A stretch of DNA of 62,861 bases, counting the filler, from Craspedostauros australis (lineage: Eukaryota): assembly GCA_030167865.1 (NCBI GenBank). It is 13 parts of 13 records of this genome, joined end to end, with 100 filler letters (N's around TTAATTAATTAA, not from the genome) between each part and the next. Parts side by side here need not be neighbours in the genome. Positions count along the whole stretch, not along the records: positions 1 to 4,529 come from JALAGF010004268.1; positions 4,630 to 6,827 come from JALAGF010004269.1; positions 6,928 to 9,215 come from JALAGF010004270.1; positions 9,316 to 17,648 come from JALAGF010004271.1; 9 more parts are not named here. One strand, written 5' to 3'. Under the pieces are notes generated by a model. That model was not told where the DNA came from. It did no database searches and worked only from the letters and a program-made list of their open reading frames with translations. Position numbers and translations under genes: made by a program. Positions 1-11,651 of this stretch are shown here, one piece after another (position 1 is the stretch's first letter; each line of letters starts with the position of its first letter).

Positions 1-811
1 CGGACAACAGAGATGCAAGCACTCTTCTCTGCTCGCGCTCTCCTATCGTGCTGATAGTCGTAAGTGTAGACGATGGCTGGACGTATAAACATTTACTTTA
101 CAATGTGTACTATTATATGATATAAACGAGATTGGATGTGATGGGTTTGGACTTTCATACGAGTACACGAAGGGGCAAGCCGTCGTGTTGGTACGTGTGC
201 CATGGATGCGCTTGATACATCGAGATGTCGACGATCCCGCGCAGTCCATTTGCCACAGCGGGAGATGCTCCACGAACTCTCACATACTCGTACATATGAA
301 TTCGAGTTGTGTGACACATCTCCATCTCGCCATGAACCCACGAAGGTCATGATGGGAGTGCGAGGGCCTCCTCAACGAGGGGCTTGTTGATCCATGCTTC
401 TGCTGGATCTCTGTTCGAGAGCACCGTTCCATGAGAATGTCATTGTGCGCAGAGCGGCGGAGCATATTGACAAGGAACGCCGCCACTGTCTCAATGCCGA
501 ATCGCCGGATCTGTTCCGCTTGGTTGATCATCCACCAAGCCATTCATTGGAGGATGGATGCGTTGGAGGACAGTCGGATAGTATCCAGATTGTGCTTACG
601 TGGATGCCTGTGATTGTGGACGGTGTATTGCAACGGCACGGAGAGAAACGAAAGGTGAGATGAGATCAAAGTGACGGACGCGTGTGCTGATGATTGTAGC
701 GGTTTCGGTCCATCTCCTGGTTTGCCAATCATGTGTGCCGCTTTCTCGCTGGCAACGACGGACTGCATGAATAGACGAATGGATGCTTGGGCCATGGCAG
801 GAGCAGCGTTT

Positions 812-1561
812 TCAACGTACCTTCTTGCTCTTGGTTTCCTTGAAACCATCCGCCGAAGCCGTCTTCGATTTTTTCGTGACCTCTGAGGTCTTTGGAGCCT
901 TGGTGCTGCTCGCTGCAGTGGTAGTAGTCGTTGTTGTCGTAGTGCTGCCATTCTTCGGTGCCTTCGTGGACTTTGGCGCCTTGGTGCTCGCGCTTCCGCC
1001 AGTATCGCTGGTTGTCTTTGGGGACTTGGTGGCCTTCGGTGCCTTGGTGCTGCCACTTGTGGTATCGCTGGTTGTCTTTGGCGACTTGGTGGCCTTGACG
1101 CTCTTCATGGTTGGGGAGGCTGTGATTGTTGGCATATATGTTGGTGCTGATGTCGGCAACCCTGTTGGCACTGCTGTTGGTGACAGGGTTGGGAGATCAG
1201 TTGGACGTGCGGTTGGCATGCCGGTCGGTGCTGCTGATCCTGTTGGCATATCCGTTGGTGTTGATGACGGCGACCCTGTTGGCACGCTGGTTGGGGCTGC
1301 TGTCGGCATGCTCGTTGGTACTGACGACGGCGTCGAAGACGGTGCCTCTGATCTGGTGGGAACCGCCGATGGCAACGTCGATGGGGTTGCAGACGGCGCG
1401 ATCGACCTGGTGGGAACAGCTGATGGCAAGGTCGATGGGGTCGCAGACGGCGCGATCGATCTGGTTGGAACGGACGATGGCGAACTGCTTGGTAGCTGCC
1501 CGTTCGTCGTGGCGACGTTTGAGAGGGCGACGAAGAGGAAGGAGAGAATGGAGATCTTCAT
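812..1561 (-). CDS. Secreted Pro/Ser/Thr-rich protein with C-terminal KxxK lysine clusters (silaffin-like / cell-wall or extracellular matrix glycoprotein)
   Basis: Signal peptide MKISILSFLFVALSNVA. About 3 copies of an 18-aa repeat (PSAVPTRSIAPSATPSTL), a PT-rich stalk, and a tail with KATK/KSPK/KAPK/KSTK motifs including a 20-aa repeat. A possible extra intron at 820-608 would add a terminal exon 607-596 (AST-stop). Confidence 0.8.
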   Translation of the reverse strand: MKISILSFLFVALSNVATTNGQLPSSSPSSVPTRSIAPSATPSTLPSAVPTRSIAPSATPSTLPSAVPTRSEAPSSTPSSVPTSMPTAAPTSVPTGSPSSTPTDMPTGSAAPTGMPTARPTDLPTLSPTAVPTGLPTSAPTYMPTITASPTMKSVKATKSPKTTSDTTSGSTKAPKATKSPKTTSDTGGSASTKAPKSTKAPKNGSTTTTTTTTTAASSTKAPKTSEVTKKSKTASADGFKETKSKKVR

Positions 1562-1605
1562 GGTGGACGGCGTTGGCTGGTCTGATGAGGTTGTCGTTTG
1601 CGGTA

Positions 1606-1610
<5 letters not shown>

Positions 1611-1651
<41 letters not shown>

Positions 1652-1802
1652 GCGTTTGTAGCAGTGGGCAGATTGGTCAACTGATTGATTTTATGAGGAC
1701 AATCTTGGCTTGTGCGTCGCGGTGAAAGTGTCGACGCACCATCAGGTCCCCAACTGTCGTCGCCGTTATGGCTGTTGTTGTTGTTGCTGTTGTTGTTGTT
1801 GT
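1611..1802. repeat. Microsatellites (GCTGTT)n at 1611-1651 and (GTT)n-rich tract at 1771-1802
   Basis: Simple repeats read directly, upstream of the 1561 start codon. Confidence 0.9.
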
Positions 1803-4049
1803 AGTCGGTACCATTTCCGTCGTGATGGAGCAACACAGTTGTCTTGGTGGATGACATGCATCTTGGACGCTGACTCTCGAGTTTGGCCAAGGTTGGGACT
1901 TGGGAAACGATTGAATTTTTGTCGGTGTTTGCACGAGTTGTGAGCATGAACGGTGTCGTAGCTTTGGGCATCGTCACCAAGGGATTGTTGTTGTGGGTGT
2001 TGGCGATGCGATTGTGAATCTTGTGACGATCTGCCAAAAATGTGAGCGGATTGCGAGGACACTCGACAAACAAATCTTGTTCGACACGAGTGACGCAGCA
2101 AACGTGTTTGGAAACAATGCGATTTCTTCATGTTCGGAGAATCACGTACAGTCGGACAGACAATGGAGAACATCAGGCTCGTTATTTGTTGTCGTCGTGA
2201 CCTTCGACCTCACCCAACAACTCTTAGTCGTGGTTTTCGAGTTACTCCGACATCATGTGGTGACCGTTGGTTTTGTGCCTTCTCTGTTGGTCTCTCGTTT
2301 GGTTGGATGCGCACTCCTTCGAACAATCGCTTGCTGTGCAGATTTAGTGCCAATTCCCGAATCTGGCCGAATCCGAACAATGAGTGTCGATGGACAGACG
2401 ATACTGCACAAACCACGCGTAGGATCCACGTTGAGCAAATGACCGCTCCGCACAGTCATAATTTTCAGAACAGACAGGTTTCACCCCCCAACACCTCCGG
2501 TCACGTGAAAAACCTGCACACTTGCGTGTCGATCGGTCGATCGATCCATCCATCCATCAGATCAGAGTGCCATGACGATACACGACCTGCAGTCAGTCCT
2601 GAGGTGACGGCAACATACGGGGCTTTCATCCAAACCACTCATAAACTACATAAGTTTGTTGATACACTGTGGACGTAGATTTTTCTTTAATGCCTTCCTT
2701 TAATTTTTATGGACCATTGTAGATGTACGGTCCTCTTGGTCGAATAGGCACGCTGCTTTGTGACGTTGAAGAGGCATTTTTTTAGTTTTCCCGATGCAAA
2801 AAACACAATGTGCGCAGACACGTTCGGGAAAGAACTTTTTGACACGTTGCGCGCACAATTCTGCTATCCGACTACCTGGACCAAATGCAGTCCTTCCAAG
2901 AACCAGCTTTTCTTCAGAAATCTCGATTGTCACGATGTCGTATGTGACAAGATCCCTGGTGCTTACGGCAGAAAACAAAATGTCATCTATTATTTTGAAG
3001 TTAAATCACGTGGATGCTTCCTTTCGTGAAAGCAAGTATGTGGTTGCAGAGAGATGGACAGACAGAAAGTTGTCATTGATGATCATCCAATACAACGTCC
3101 GTACGTGTGTGCGTGTGTTCGCCAATGATCGAATCGCATCACGAAGAGACAAATCGCGCCAAAATCAAGATCGCGAAGACAACCGGTGCCAATGCAATGT
3201 CTCTCTTGTTTTGCACACAACGCTCGCCCATGTGTCATGACGACCACGCCAACCGCGAGGATCGGCCACAAAGGCGTTTGATCGCTCATGAACGCGCGCT
3301 TGCAAATGAGCAACAAGGGGGGATTGACGCCAGAGAGAGAAAGAGAGAGTGGCACACACAAACCACACACAACAACCACTTCAACGCGGAATTTCCGGAC
3401 ACGAGACGGCGGCAGAAGGGCATTCCACTCTGCGGTGCTTCGCATCCATGTCTGGTGGTCTTCGAGTAGATACCCACCCAACGGTTCTCGTGGGATGCAT
3501 GCCGCAAGGCTGCGCAGGCCCTGCACTATCCTGCAGCTGGCTCAAGTCGCATTCTCTTCTAGCTGAGATTGGTCGACACTCAGAGTGACATGCATCAAAC
3601 ATGGCACGCAGGCAGACACGATGGCACAATGGCACGATGACGATCCGTCACGCAAGAGCAACACGTTGGTGGAGCAGTTCCCGCATCGCGATGCACTCTC
3701 GCATCAAATGCAACCAACATCCAAACAGTACTCATCAGTACTGGAGTGGCTCCGTGCTGTATGATCTACTCCAATCACTACGTATATCACGCACACCCTC
3801 TACGATCGCGTGGATGAAAGAGGAATCGATGACGCATTGCCAATACCTACGTCCCCCGCGCGAGTGCTGCCATTCTCCGCGATCACAGCCAAAGGCAAAT
3901 GCAAATCATCAAATGAGATCATCAAGCGCAGGCCACAGCAAACGAAAGCACTACTCGTAAGCGTGGCCGTCCACACGTTGCAGCTTCAACTTCATCAGTC
4001 GGACCAACCGGACGAACGCTTCAACTCATCATCCAACACAGCCTTCGAC

Positions 4050-4529
4050 ATGGAGAAGAACAGCTGTCAGAACAAGACGGGAGTCATGGCAGTCACCCAG
4101 ACCCTCCCCTTTCGATCCGTGAGCGAGTACGTGACGTATCAGAGAGGATCGAAGAAGATGTCCCTCCCTGATGTAACCTGGTACTGGGAGGAGGACACGG
4201 ACACCGTGCAAATGCACGCGAAGGGAATAAGATTGGAGAACACGAACTTTGTGTCGTACGGCAGCGACATATCGAAGCAAATCGAGCGAGCGTTTCAGCA
4301 ATACAAGAAAGATAGTACGGTGCATTCGTTTCCGCTGGATCTTTCGAACAAGGTGGTGAAGAAGCGGAACGTTCATACGGGCATTGTACACGGTGAACTT
4401 CGCTCGCATGATCCAAACCAACCATTCGTCGCAGTACGACCGCAGCATTCATCGTGAAGAGGTCAAGGTTGCCACTGACGTTGGATGCGTCAATCAGATC
4501 CCGGCCTTGCCCAACGACATTGATGACAA
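4050..4529 (+). CDS. WWE-domain protein, 5' part; frameshifted at ~4384 and truncated by the contig end
   Basis: From ATG 4050 the frame reads VTWYWEED...FVSYGSDISKQIERAF. A different frame then continues YTVNFARMIQTNHSSQYDRSIHR. Together these give the WWE pattern (W-W..Y..S..IE.AF..Y.vdF..M.Q.N....R.i.R). Confidence 0.65.
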
Positions 4530-4629
4530 NNNNNNNNNNNNNNNNNNNNNNNNNNNNNNNNNNNNNNNNNNNNTTAATTAATTAANNNNNNNNNNNNNNN
4601 NNNNNNNNNNNNNNNNNNNNNNNNNNNNN
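4530..4629. other. Artificial contig spacer N44-TTAATTAATTAA-N44 (also at about 6828, 9216, 17649, 21817, 25895, 29380, 34089, 39505, 54188, 58214, 60574)
   Basis: The same ~100-bp block, with stop codons in all six frames, occurs 12 times. Confidence 0.98.
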
Positions 4630-4669
4630 AATTCGCTCCAACTACTCGGACAACATCTGCAACATGTAG

Positions 4670-6827
4670 AGCCGTCACAAGTGTTCACTCTGTTGGAAAC
4701 CGTGTTCTCGTCCTTCGATGAACTGGCCAACGTGCGACGAGTCTTCAAGGTCGAAACTGTTGGTGACTGTTACGTCGCCGCGTCTGGCATTCCAGAGTAC
4801 AGGAAGGATCATGCCATCGTGATGGTGCGATTCGCACGCGACATCCTGCAACGAATGGATTACATCACGAAGCAGCTCGAGATCACATTGGGCCCGGACA
4901 CAGGGGACCTGTCGCTGCGCATCGGTATCCATTCCGGGCCGGTCACCGCCGGCGTCCTGCGTGGAGAACGTGCTCGCTTCCAGCTGTTCGGCGACACCAT
5001 GAACACCGCATCCCGCATCGAACATACCGGTGCGGTTGGCCGCATCCATTTGTCATCCGAAGCTGCTGAGGTTGTGAGGACCTGCGGCAAGGGACACTGG
5101 CTGATCAAGCGTGAAGGTCTGGTGGAAGCCAAAGGAAAGGGAGAGATGCAAACGTGAGTTCGTTCGTTCGTTCGTTCATTTGTTCAATCGTTCTTTCGTC
5201 TGTTCTTTCGTTCGTTCATCCACAACACTGTTGCTACTGTGTACAGTTACATTTGTATTCCCAATGTTAAGCTCCCAATGTTGAACAGCCTCGTTGCCTC
5301 TGAGATCGAGGCCATTCATTTCAATGCATCCAGATGCCTTGCTTACCCCCACAAGCCGTCCTTTTCTTCACTCCACTTCTCATTCGCATGATACCAAACC
5401 TTGTTTCAACATTCATCTCGCTCTCATGCACAATCAGGTACTGGATCGATTCTGGTATGGCCATGGAGGACAAGACGGATTCCTCATCCACCAACACCCC
5501 GTCCGCACCCGCGCAACCACCGATCACTTCCCGACACCGTGCCTCCGACAAAGGAATGTACTCGACCAACCAGAGCGGCCACGATGCATCAGATTCCCGT
5601 CAGTCCATGAGCACTGAGAGTGGCCTGGATGCACGGTCACTGCGGTTGGTCGGCTGGAACGTCGAAATGCTTCTGCAGCTCATCAAACAGATAGTCGCGC
5701 GACGTGAGGCTGCTCAAACCGTCCCTCATCGGAAGCAGTCGGGGAGTCGTCGAACTAGTTCGAACGGCATCATCCGAGCAATGTCCAACGATCAGTTCAT
5801 GCCATTGGACGAGGTGCAGGAGATCATCAGGTTGCCAGCATTCGACAAAAAGGTGGCCTTGCGACAGCAGGATCCTGAAACGGTGAAGATTTCGCCAGTC
5901 GTCGTCGAGCAGTTGCGCAGCTACGTCAGCATGATCGCCAGCATGTACCAAGGCAACGCATTCCACAACTTCGACCACGCCTCTCACGTGACCATGTCCG
6001 TCATCAAGCTCCTTTCGCGGATCGTGGGCCCATCGGATCTGCTCGACAAGACGCAGGGTTCCGAAACGAGCCAAGTGGTGGCGACGTTGCATGATCACAC
6101 CTACGGCATCACGTCAGATCCGTTGACGCAGTTCGCATGCGCATTCGCAGCGCTGATCCATGATGTTGATCATTGCGGAGTTCCAAATGCGCAGCTCATC
6201 AAGGAGGGCACCCGCATCGCCTCTGTCTACAACAACCGGAGTGTGGCAGAGCAGAACTCGTTGGTGTTGGCGTGGGATCTGCTGATGCTGGATGAGTACG
6301 ATGAATTGCGATCCATCATCTGCGAGACGGGGGCCGAGCTCACGCGCTTCCGCCAGCTGGTTGTGAACGCCGTGATGGCGACTGATATCGCCGACAAGGA
6401 TCTGAAGGCGTTGCGCAACGCCCGTTGGGACAAGGCCTTCAAGGGTGCCACGTCTCTCGCTGAAGAGGAAAGCCGATTCGGAGACAGCGTGAACCGCAAG
6501 GCGACCATCGTGATCGAGCACTTGATCCAGGCTTCCGACGTCGCCCACACCATGCAGCACTGGCACGTGTATCGCAAGTGGAACGAACGGTTCTTCCAGG
6601 AGTGCTACGCATCGTACCTGGCCGGTCGCGCAGAGCAGAATCCGCTGGACAACTGGTACAAGGGGGAGATCGGGTTCTTCGATTATTACATCATTCCATT
6701 GGCGAAGAAGCTGAAGGATTGCGGTGTGTTCGGCATTTCGAGCGACGAATATCTGAACTACGCGTTGGCCAACCGCAACGAATGGGAGCGCAGGGGCAAG
6801 GAGGTCATTGCGGAGATGGCAGCGAAG
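4670..6827 (+). CDS. Class III nucleotide (guanylate-type) cyclase fused to a 3',5'-cyclic nucleotide phosphodiesterase, 3' part; exons 4670-5153 and 5438->6827
   Basis: Cyclase motifs FKVETVGDCYVA, LRIGIHSGPVTAGVL, FQLFGDTMNTASRIE, KGKGEMQTYW (spliced AC|G across GT 5154..AG 5437). PDE motifs FHNFDHASHV, ALIHDVDHCGVPN, VMATDI, IQASDVAH. Confidence 0.92.
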
Positions 6828-6953
6828 NNNNNNNNNNNNNNNNNNNNNNNNNNNNNNNNNNNNNNNNNNNNTTAATTAATTAANNNNNNNNNNNNNNNNN
6901 NNNNNNNNNNNNNNNNNNNNNNNNNNNATGAACGAACGAACGAACGAACTCAC

Positions 6954-9215
6954 GTTTGCATCTCTCCCTTTCCTTTGGCTTCCACCAGACCTTCACGCTT
7001 GATCAGCCAGTGTCCCTTGCCGCAGGTCCTCACAACCTCAGCAGCTTCGGATGACAAATGGATGCGGCCAACCGCACCGGTATGTTCGATGCGGGATGCG
7101 GTGTTCATGGTGTCGCCGAACAGCTGGAAGCGAGCACGTTCTCCACGCAGGACGCCGGCGGTGACCGGCCCGGAATGGATACCGATGCGCAGCGACAGGT
7201 CCCCTGTGTCCGGGCCCAATGTGATCTCGAGCTGCTTCGTGATGTAATCCATTCGTTGCAGGATGTCGCGTGCGAATCGCACCATCACGATGGCATGATC
7301 CTTCCTGTACTCTGGAATGCCAGACGCGGCGACGTAACAGTCACCAACAGTTTCGACCTTGAAGACTCGTCGCACGTTGGCCAGTTCATCGAAGGACGAG
7401 AACACGGTTTCCAACAGAGTGAACACTTGTGACGGCTCTACATGTTGCAGATGTTGTCCGAGTAGTTGGAGCGAATTTGGTTGTTGCAATGGTTGGATGG
7501 GAACGTAAAATAGATGATGATGAGCGAGGGATTTCATAGACTGACAGACTGACGGCACAGCACTGCACTGTTTGAAATAGATCCTGCCCCATGAAGATCC
7601 AACTTTCCTTCCTTCCTTCCATCCACACATACACATTGCATATTCCACACTGCACATCGCACATTGCACATCGCAGATCACTCGATGTTTGGCTCCATCC
7701 CACTCACCTCGCACGGAACTCCACGCCGTGAAGCCCGCAATATCAGCAAACAGAATGGTCGTCTCCAAGAACAGATCTGCCAATGGTTTGTCGTTGCGAC
7801 CCAGCACCGATGTCGACGACGATGCATTGTCGACGTTGCCATTCATGACGGACTTCAAGTTGGAGCGACGTCGGCGGCCGAGGTGACTGCCACCGACCAA
7901 ATCGTCATCGTTCTTCTTGGCATCGCCATTCTGCTGCGCATTCAGTGCGATCAACCGATCGCGGATGTTCTCTGGGAACAAGGACGAGACGATTGCGTTG
8001 GAACGAGCTGCGTTGGCGATGAGCTTTTCGTTGCGGCGTTGCACAAACATATCATAAACGAAGAAGACGACGGCGACGAGGACGAATGTGCACGCGATGA
8101 CAGCCGCGAAGATTTCCGGGATGATCTCATCCGAATTCTTGAACAGCTTGGTGGATGGGTAGATGTGCAGAGAGTAGCGGCAGTGTCCCGGTGTGGTTTC
8201 AAAATCCGGGTGCGTTGCGAGGGACAAGTCGTAGACTTCCTCCGAATCGTCGAAGCTACGCTCGTGGATGTCACCTGCACAGGCATAATCGAAGTGGAAT
8301 GGAATCAATGGCATTGCAATGAAGTTGACATGACGTGAAATGGAGTATTATAGAATGCAAAGAAGATGAACGTGAGAACATGGCAAGGATATAACGCGGA
8401 GGACCCTGTCACTCGACACACACATGACGATTCATAAACAACCCCACACGTACCTTCCCCAAGATAATTGACGTTGCCGCCATCGATCTCGTATGTCACA
8501 GCATCGCCGCAGGAATTCTGGATGACACACACGATGCCCTTGGCATCATCCGGCAGAACATCTCGAAAGGCCCCGTTCCAATCAATGGCAGCACCGATGA
8601 CGCCCACCACATTCGTCTTCTCGAGCGTGTCATGGATCGGAACCCAGACGACGGAATGCGGGTGATCCGCTTCGTGGCTGTGGCTGTGAACGTCGTCCTC
8701 GTTATTGCTCGTGGCATCATGCTCAAGTTCATGCTCATGCTCATGTTCGCTATCGTGTTCATGCTCATGTTCATGCTCATCATGCGATTTCGCCTCGCGG
8801 TTGAACTCCAACTCGGATGGACGGACAGAGGTGCGCTGGGTGCTGGACGGAAAGACGTCGGCATTCGAAAAGAAAGTACCGTAGACTGTCTGCGTTTTCA
8901 TTTGCAATAGCGCCTCGAGAATAGGAGCGCTCGTTGTGATGGCGTTGAAATTGATGAAGGATGCATCCAAAGGTGGTGGTGAGAACTCGAGCGCCGGTAG
9001 GTAGAGGTCTCGGTCGGTGACGTCCGGAACCGGTTGCTGCGGTTTGTCACCGATCGCGGCATCATCTGCGGCGGGATTGGATGTGCTTGCATCGATCATT
9101 GTCCATGCAGGAGCGGTGATGAAATCGTGATAGTTGTAACTGCCCGTGGCTGTCTCGGAAGTCGTCTCATTCTTCAACGCGTCGATGGTTCCATGAAAGA
9201 TCCTGTGCGATTCCT
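6954..9215 (-). CDS. Receptor-type cyclase, 5'/middle part of the same gene: extracellular sensor region, TM helix, cyclase; exons <9215-8454, 8274-7708, 7437-6954
   Basis: Splicing restores YLGEG|DIHE and WSSVR|EPSQVFTLLE at GT-AG sites. TM helix IFAAVIACTFVLVAVVFFVY; motif TILFADIAGFTAWSS. 6928-7477 is the reverse complement of 4630-5179. Confidence 0.88.
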
Positions 9216-9321
9216 NNNNNNNNNNNNNNNNNNNNNNNNNNNNNNNNNNNNNNNNNNNNTTAATTAATTAANNNNNNNNNNNNNNNNNNNNNNNNNNNNN
9301 NNNNNNNNNNNNNNNATCAAG

Positions 9322-10486
9322 ATGACGGTGACAAGCGCGGATGTACTCAAGGAAGGATGCACGGCCGTCGTGACCGGTGCTTCATCTGGCATCGGTCGAG
9401 CCGCATGCATTGACTTTGCCAGCCGAGGCATGCATGTGTGGATGACAGACATTGACGAAGAAGAGCTGGGTCTTGCGAAAGATCTCGTCAAGAGCAAGTG
9501 CACTTCCGAATCTCAAGTGAGTGGCGACCGCAAGCAGTTTGGTTGGATCCTTCGCTGTGGTTCGCATCCTTCATCTATCGACCTGTCTTCCTCTCTCACC
9601 CTCTCACCTCACTCTCTTTGTTGCTTCACATTGCTCTGACGATTTCTTATCGCCATGGCTTTCACTGCTCTGACTGATTTCACTGATCAAACCAATCTGC
9701 ACGCATTCATTGCTTCTTCTTCTGCTCCCCATTTTTCTCTGACGCATGGCCTTTCAGAGAATCGAAGCGAGGGTGGTGGATGTCTCGAAGGAGGAAGCAC
9801 TTGCGAAGTTGGCAGACGAAGTGTTTGAGGATGGTGGAAAATGCCACTTCCTCATGAACAACGCCGGGGTTGGCCAAGGCGGTGGTCCGCTCACGGACAT
9901 GAAGACTGTGCACTTCACTATGGGCGTCAACACGTACGGCCCGATCCATGGATGCCTGGCGTTCGTGCCCAAGATGAAGGCATCGGGCGAACCTGGCATC
10001 ATCGTCAACACCGGATCCAAGCAAGGCATCACCATGCCGCCAGGAAATCTCTCGTACAACATGTCGAAGGCGGCGTTGAAGTGTTACACGGAAGGATTGG
10101 AGCATGATCTGCGCAGCGAGGAAGGATCGAAGCTGCGATCATGCTTGCTCGTTCCAGGCTGGGTCAACACATCCATCGCGCTCAAGGCGGCGAGGTCGAA
10201 AGCATCGGAGAAGGATGAAGCGTTTGATCAGGACGCAGTCTTCTTCCACGAGGACAAGCCGGCCGACGGAGCTTGGATGCCGAAGCAGGTGGTTGACTTC
10301 ATGGTGGCAGAGATGGACAAGGGTCTCTTCTACATCATGTGTCCTGACAACAGCGTCGATCGCAAGACTGACAACCTCCGTATGACGTGGACCATGAGGG
10401 ACATCACGGAGGACCGCCCTCCGCTCAGTCGTTGGCATCCGGAGTACAAAGACAAATTCGCGGCCTACCTCAAGGACAATGCTTGA
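9322..10486 (+). CDS. Short-chain dehydrogenase/reductase (classical SDR); exons 9322-9516 and 9758-10486
   Basis: TGASSGIG cofactor motif, NNAG, catalytic S..YNMSK. Phase-0 intron GTGAGT 9517..CAG 9757. Confidence 0.92.
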
Positions 10487-11183
10487 AGAGATTTCGCCCT
10501 TTTCGATGATGTCATTCATGGCATGTGGCCATTGCATGGAGTACCACACAAACATGGGCATGGTAATGACAAGGAGGACAGTGACGAGTGCGTACGAGTA
10601 TGATTGGAATGCTTGGCTCCAATGCTTGAGTGTAAGACTCGTGCATGCCCGTAGGAAGAAGAAACAGCGCCACTCTCTCTCTCTCTCTCTTGAGCGAAAT
10701 ACTTGCTCGAATGCGTACTCGCAGTCTGAAACTTTGGAATGTATCTTTATGCTCGTTGTGTACAAGGCAGAGAGTGCTGACGGTGGTCTGGCGCTCGTAT
10801 GAGCAGCGTACATGTACGAGTTTGGCACCAGCATGGTTGTTTTCAAAATTCCTCTTGCTTCCATCCCGTAGAATGCTGACATCCAAGAACAAAAATGGCG
10901 GGAAACGGTTTGGCGATGATGGCGATGATGGCGATTCGTTTCGCGTTTCTTCTTCGAAATTCTTGTTCTGTGTTGTTTCCCCACACAACCAAAAACGCAA
11001 AGCATCAACCAACACTTCCTCCACACTTCCTCTGCACTTCCTCCTTTTCTGTTTCATTTGTTTCATTTGTTTCATTCTCGTCTCAATCAATCAAACATCT
11101 GTCCAGACGATCAAACAATCCAACAATCACTCAAGCATCTGATAATCTCATCAGTACAACCCAACAAGCAAAGAACACCGAAG

Positions 11184-11651
11184 ATGATGACACGCACATG
11201 GCCATTCTCCTTTTTGGCATTGCTGCTCATTGCAACACTGACGCTCGGCAGTAGCACGGCATCTGCAGCCCACGTGCGGACAACATCCTCCATCGACACT
11301 GTGAAGACAGTTTCGCAAGAATCAAACGAGATGCCACCACTGGTAGACACAGCGCAGCACAAGGAATCCCCATGGCCTCACGTTGATTCTTCCAACGACG
11401 ACGCAACAACTAGCGTCGCCCGACGATTGGGATATGACGAGTACTTCAACAATGATTTGGGTCTCAGCGAAGATGAGACGATGATGCTGATGGTGGGTCT
11501 GCTCGTCATGGTGGCACTGTGCCTCTTCTGCTGCTGCTGTCGCAGAATCTCCTTGTGCGACCTCATCCTGCTGTACTGCTGTTGTCAAATCTGCACGGAG
11601 GCAGGCGGTGGCGATATGGCCCGATCGTACGTGGACATGATGGATTGTTGA
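11184..11651 (+). CDS. Small type I membrane protein with RRL motif and Cys-rich juxtamembrane tail, function unknown
   Basis: Signal peptide MMTRTWPFSFLALLLIATLTLGSSTASA; ARRL; TM MMLMVGLLVMVALCLF; tail CCCCRRISLCDLILLYCCCQIC. Confidence 0.7.
   Translation: MMTRTWPFSFLALLLIATLTLGSSTASAAHVRTTSSIDTVKTVSQESNEMPPLVDTAQHKESPWPHVDSSNDDATTSVARRLGYDEYFNNDLGLSEDETMMLMVGLLVMVALCLFCCCCRRISLCDLILLYCCCQICTEAGGGDMARSYVDMMDC

Noticed and set aside
783..1661. 292-aa hydrophobic Val/Gly-rich plus-strand ORF
   Set aside because: Antisense shadow of the PT/K-rich secreted protein.
4630..7477. Inverted duplication of the cyclase exon (hairpin locus)
   Set aside because: The copies are on different contigs and represent an assembly overlap.
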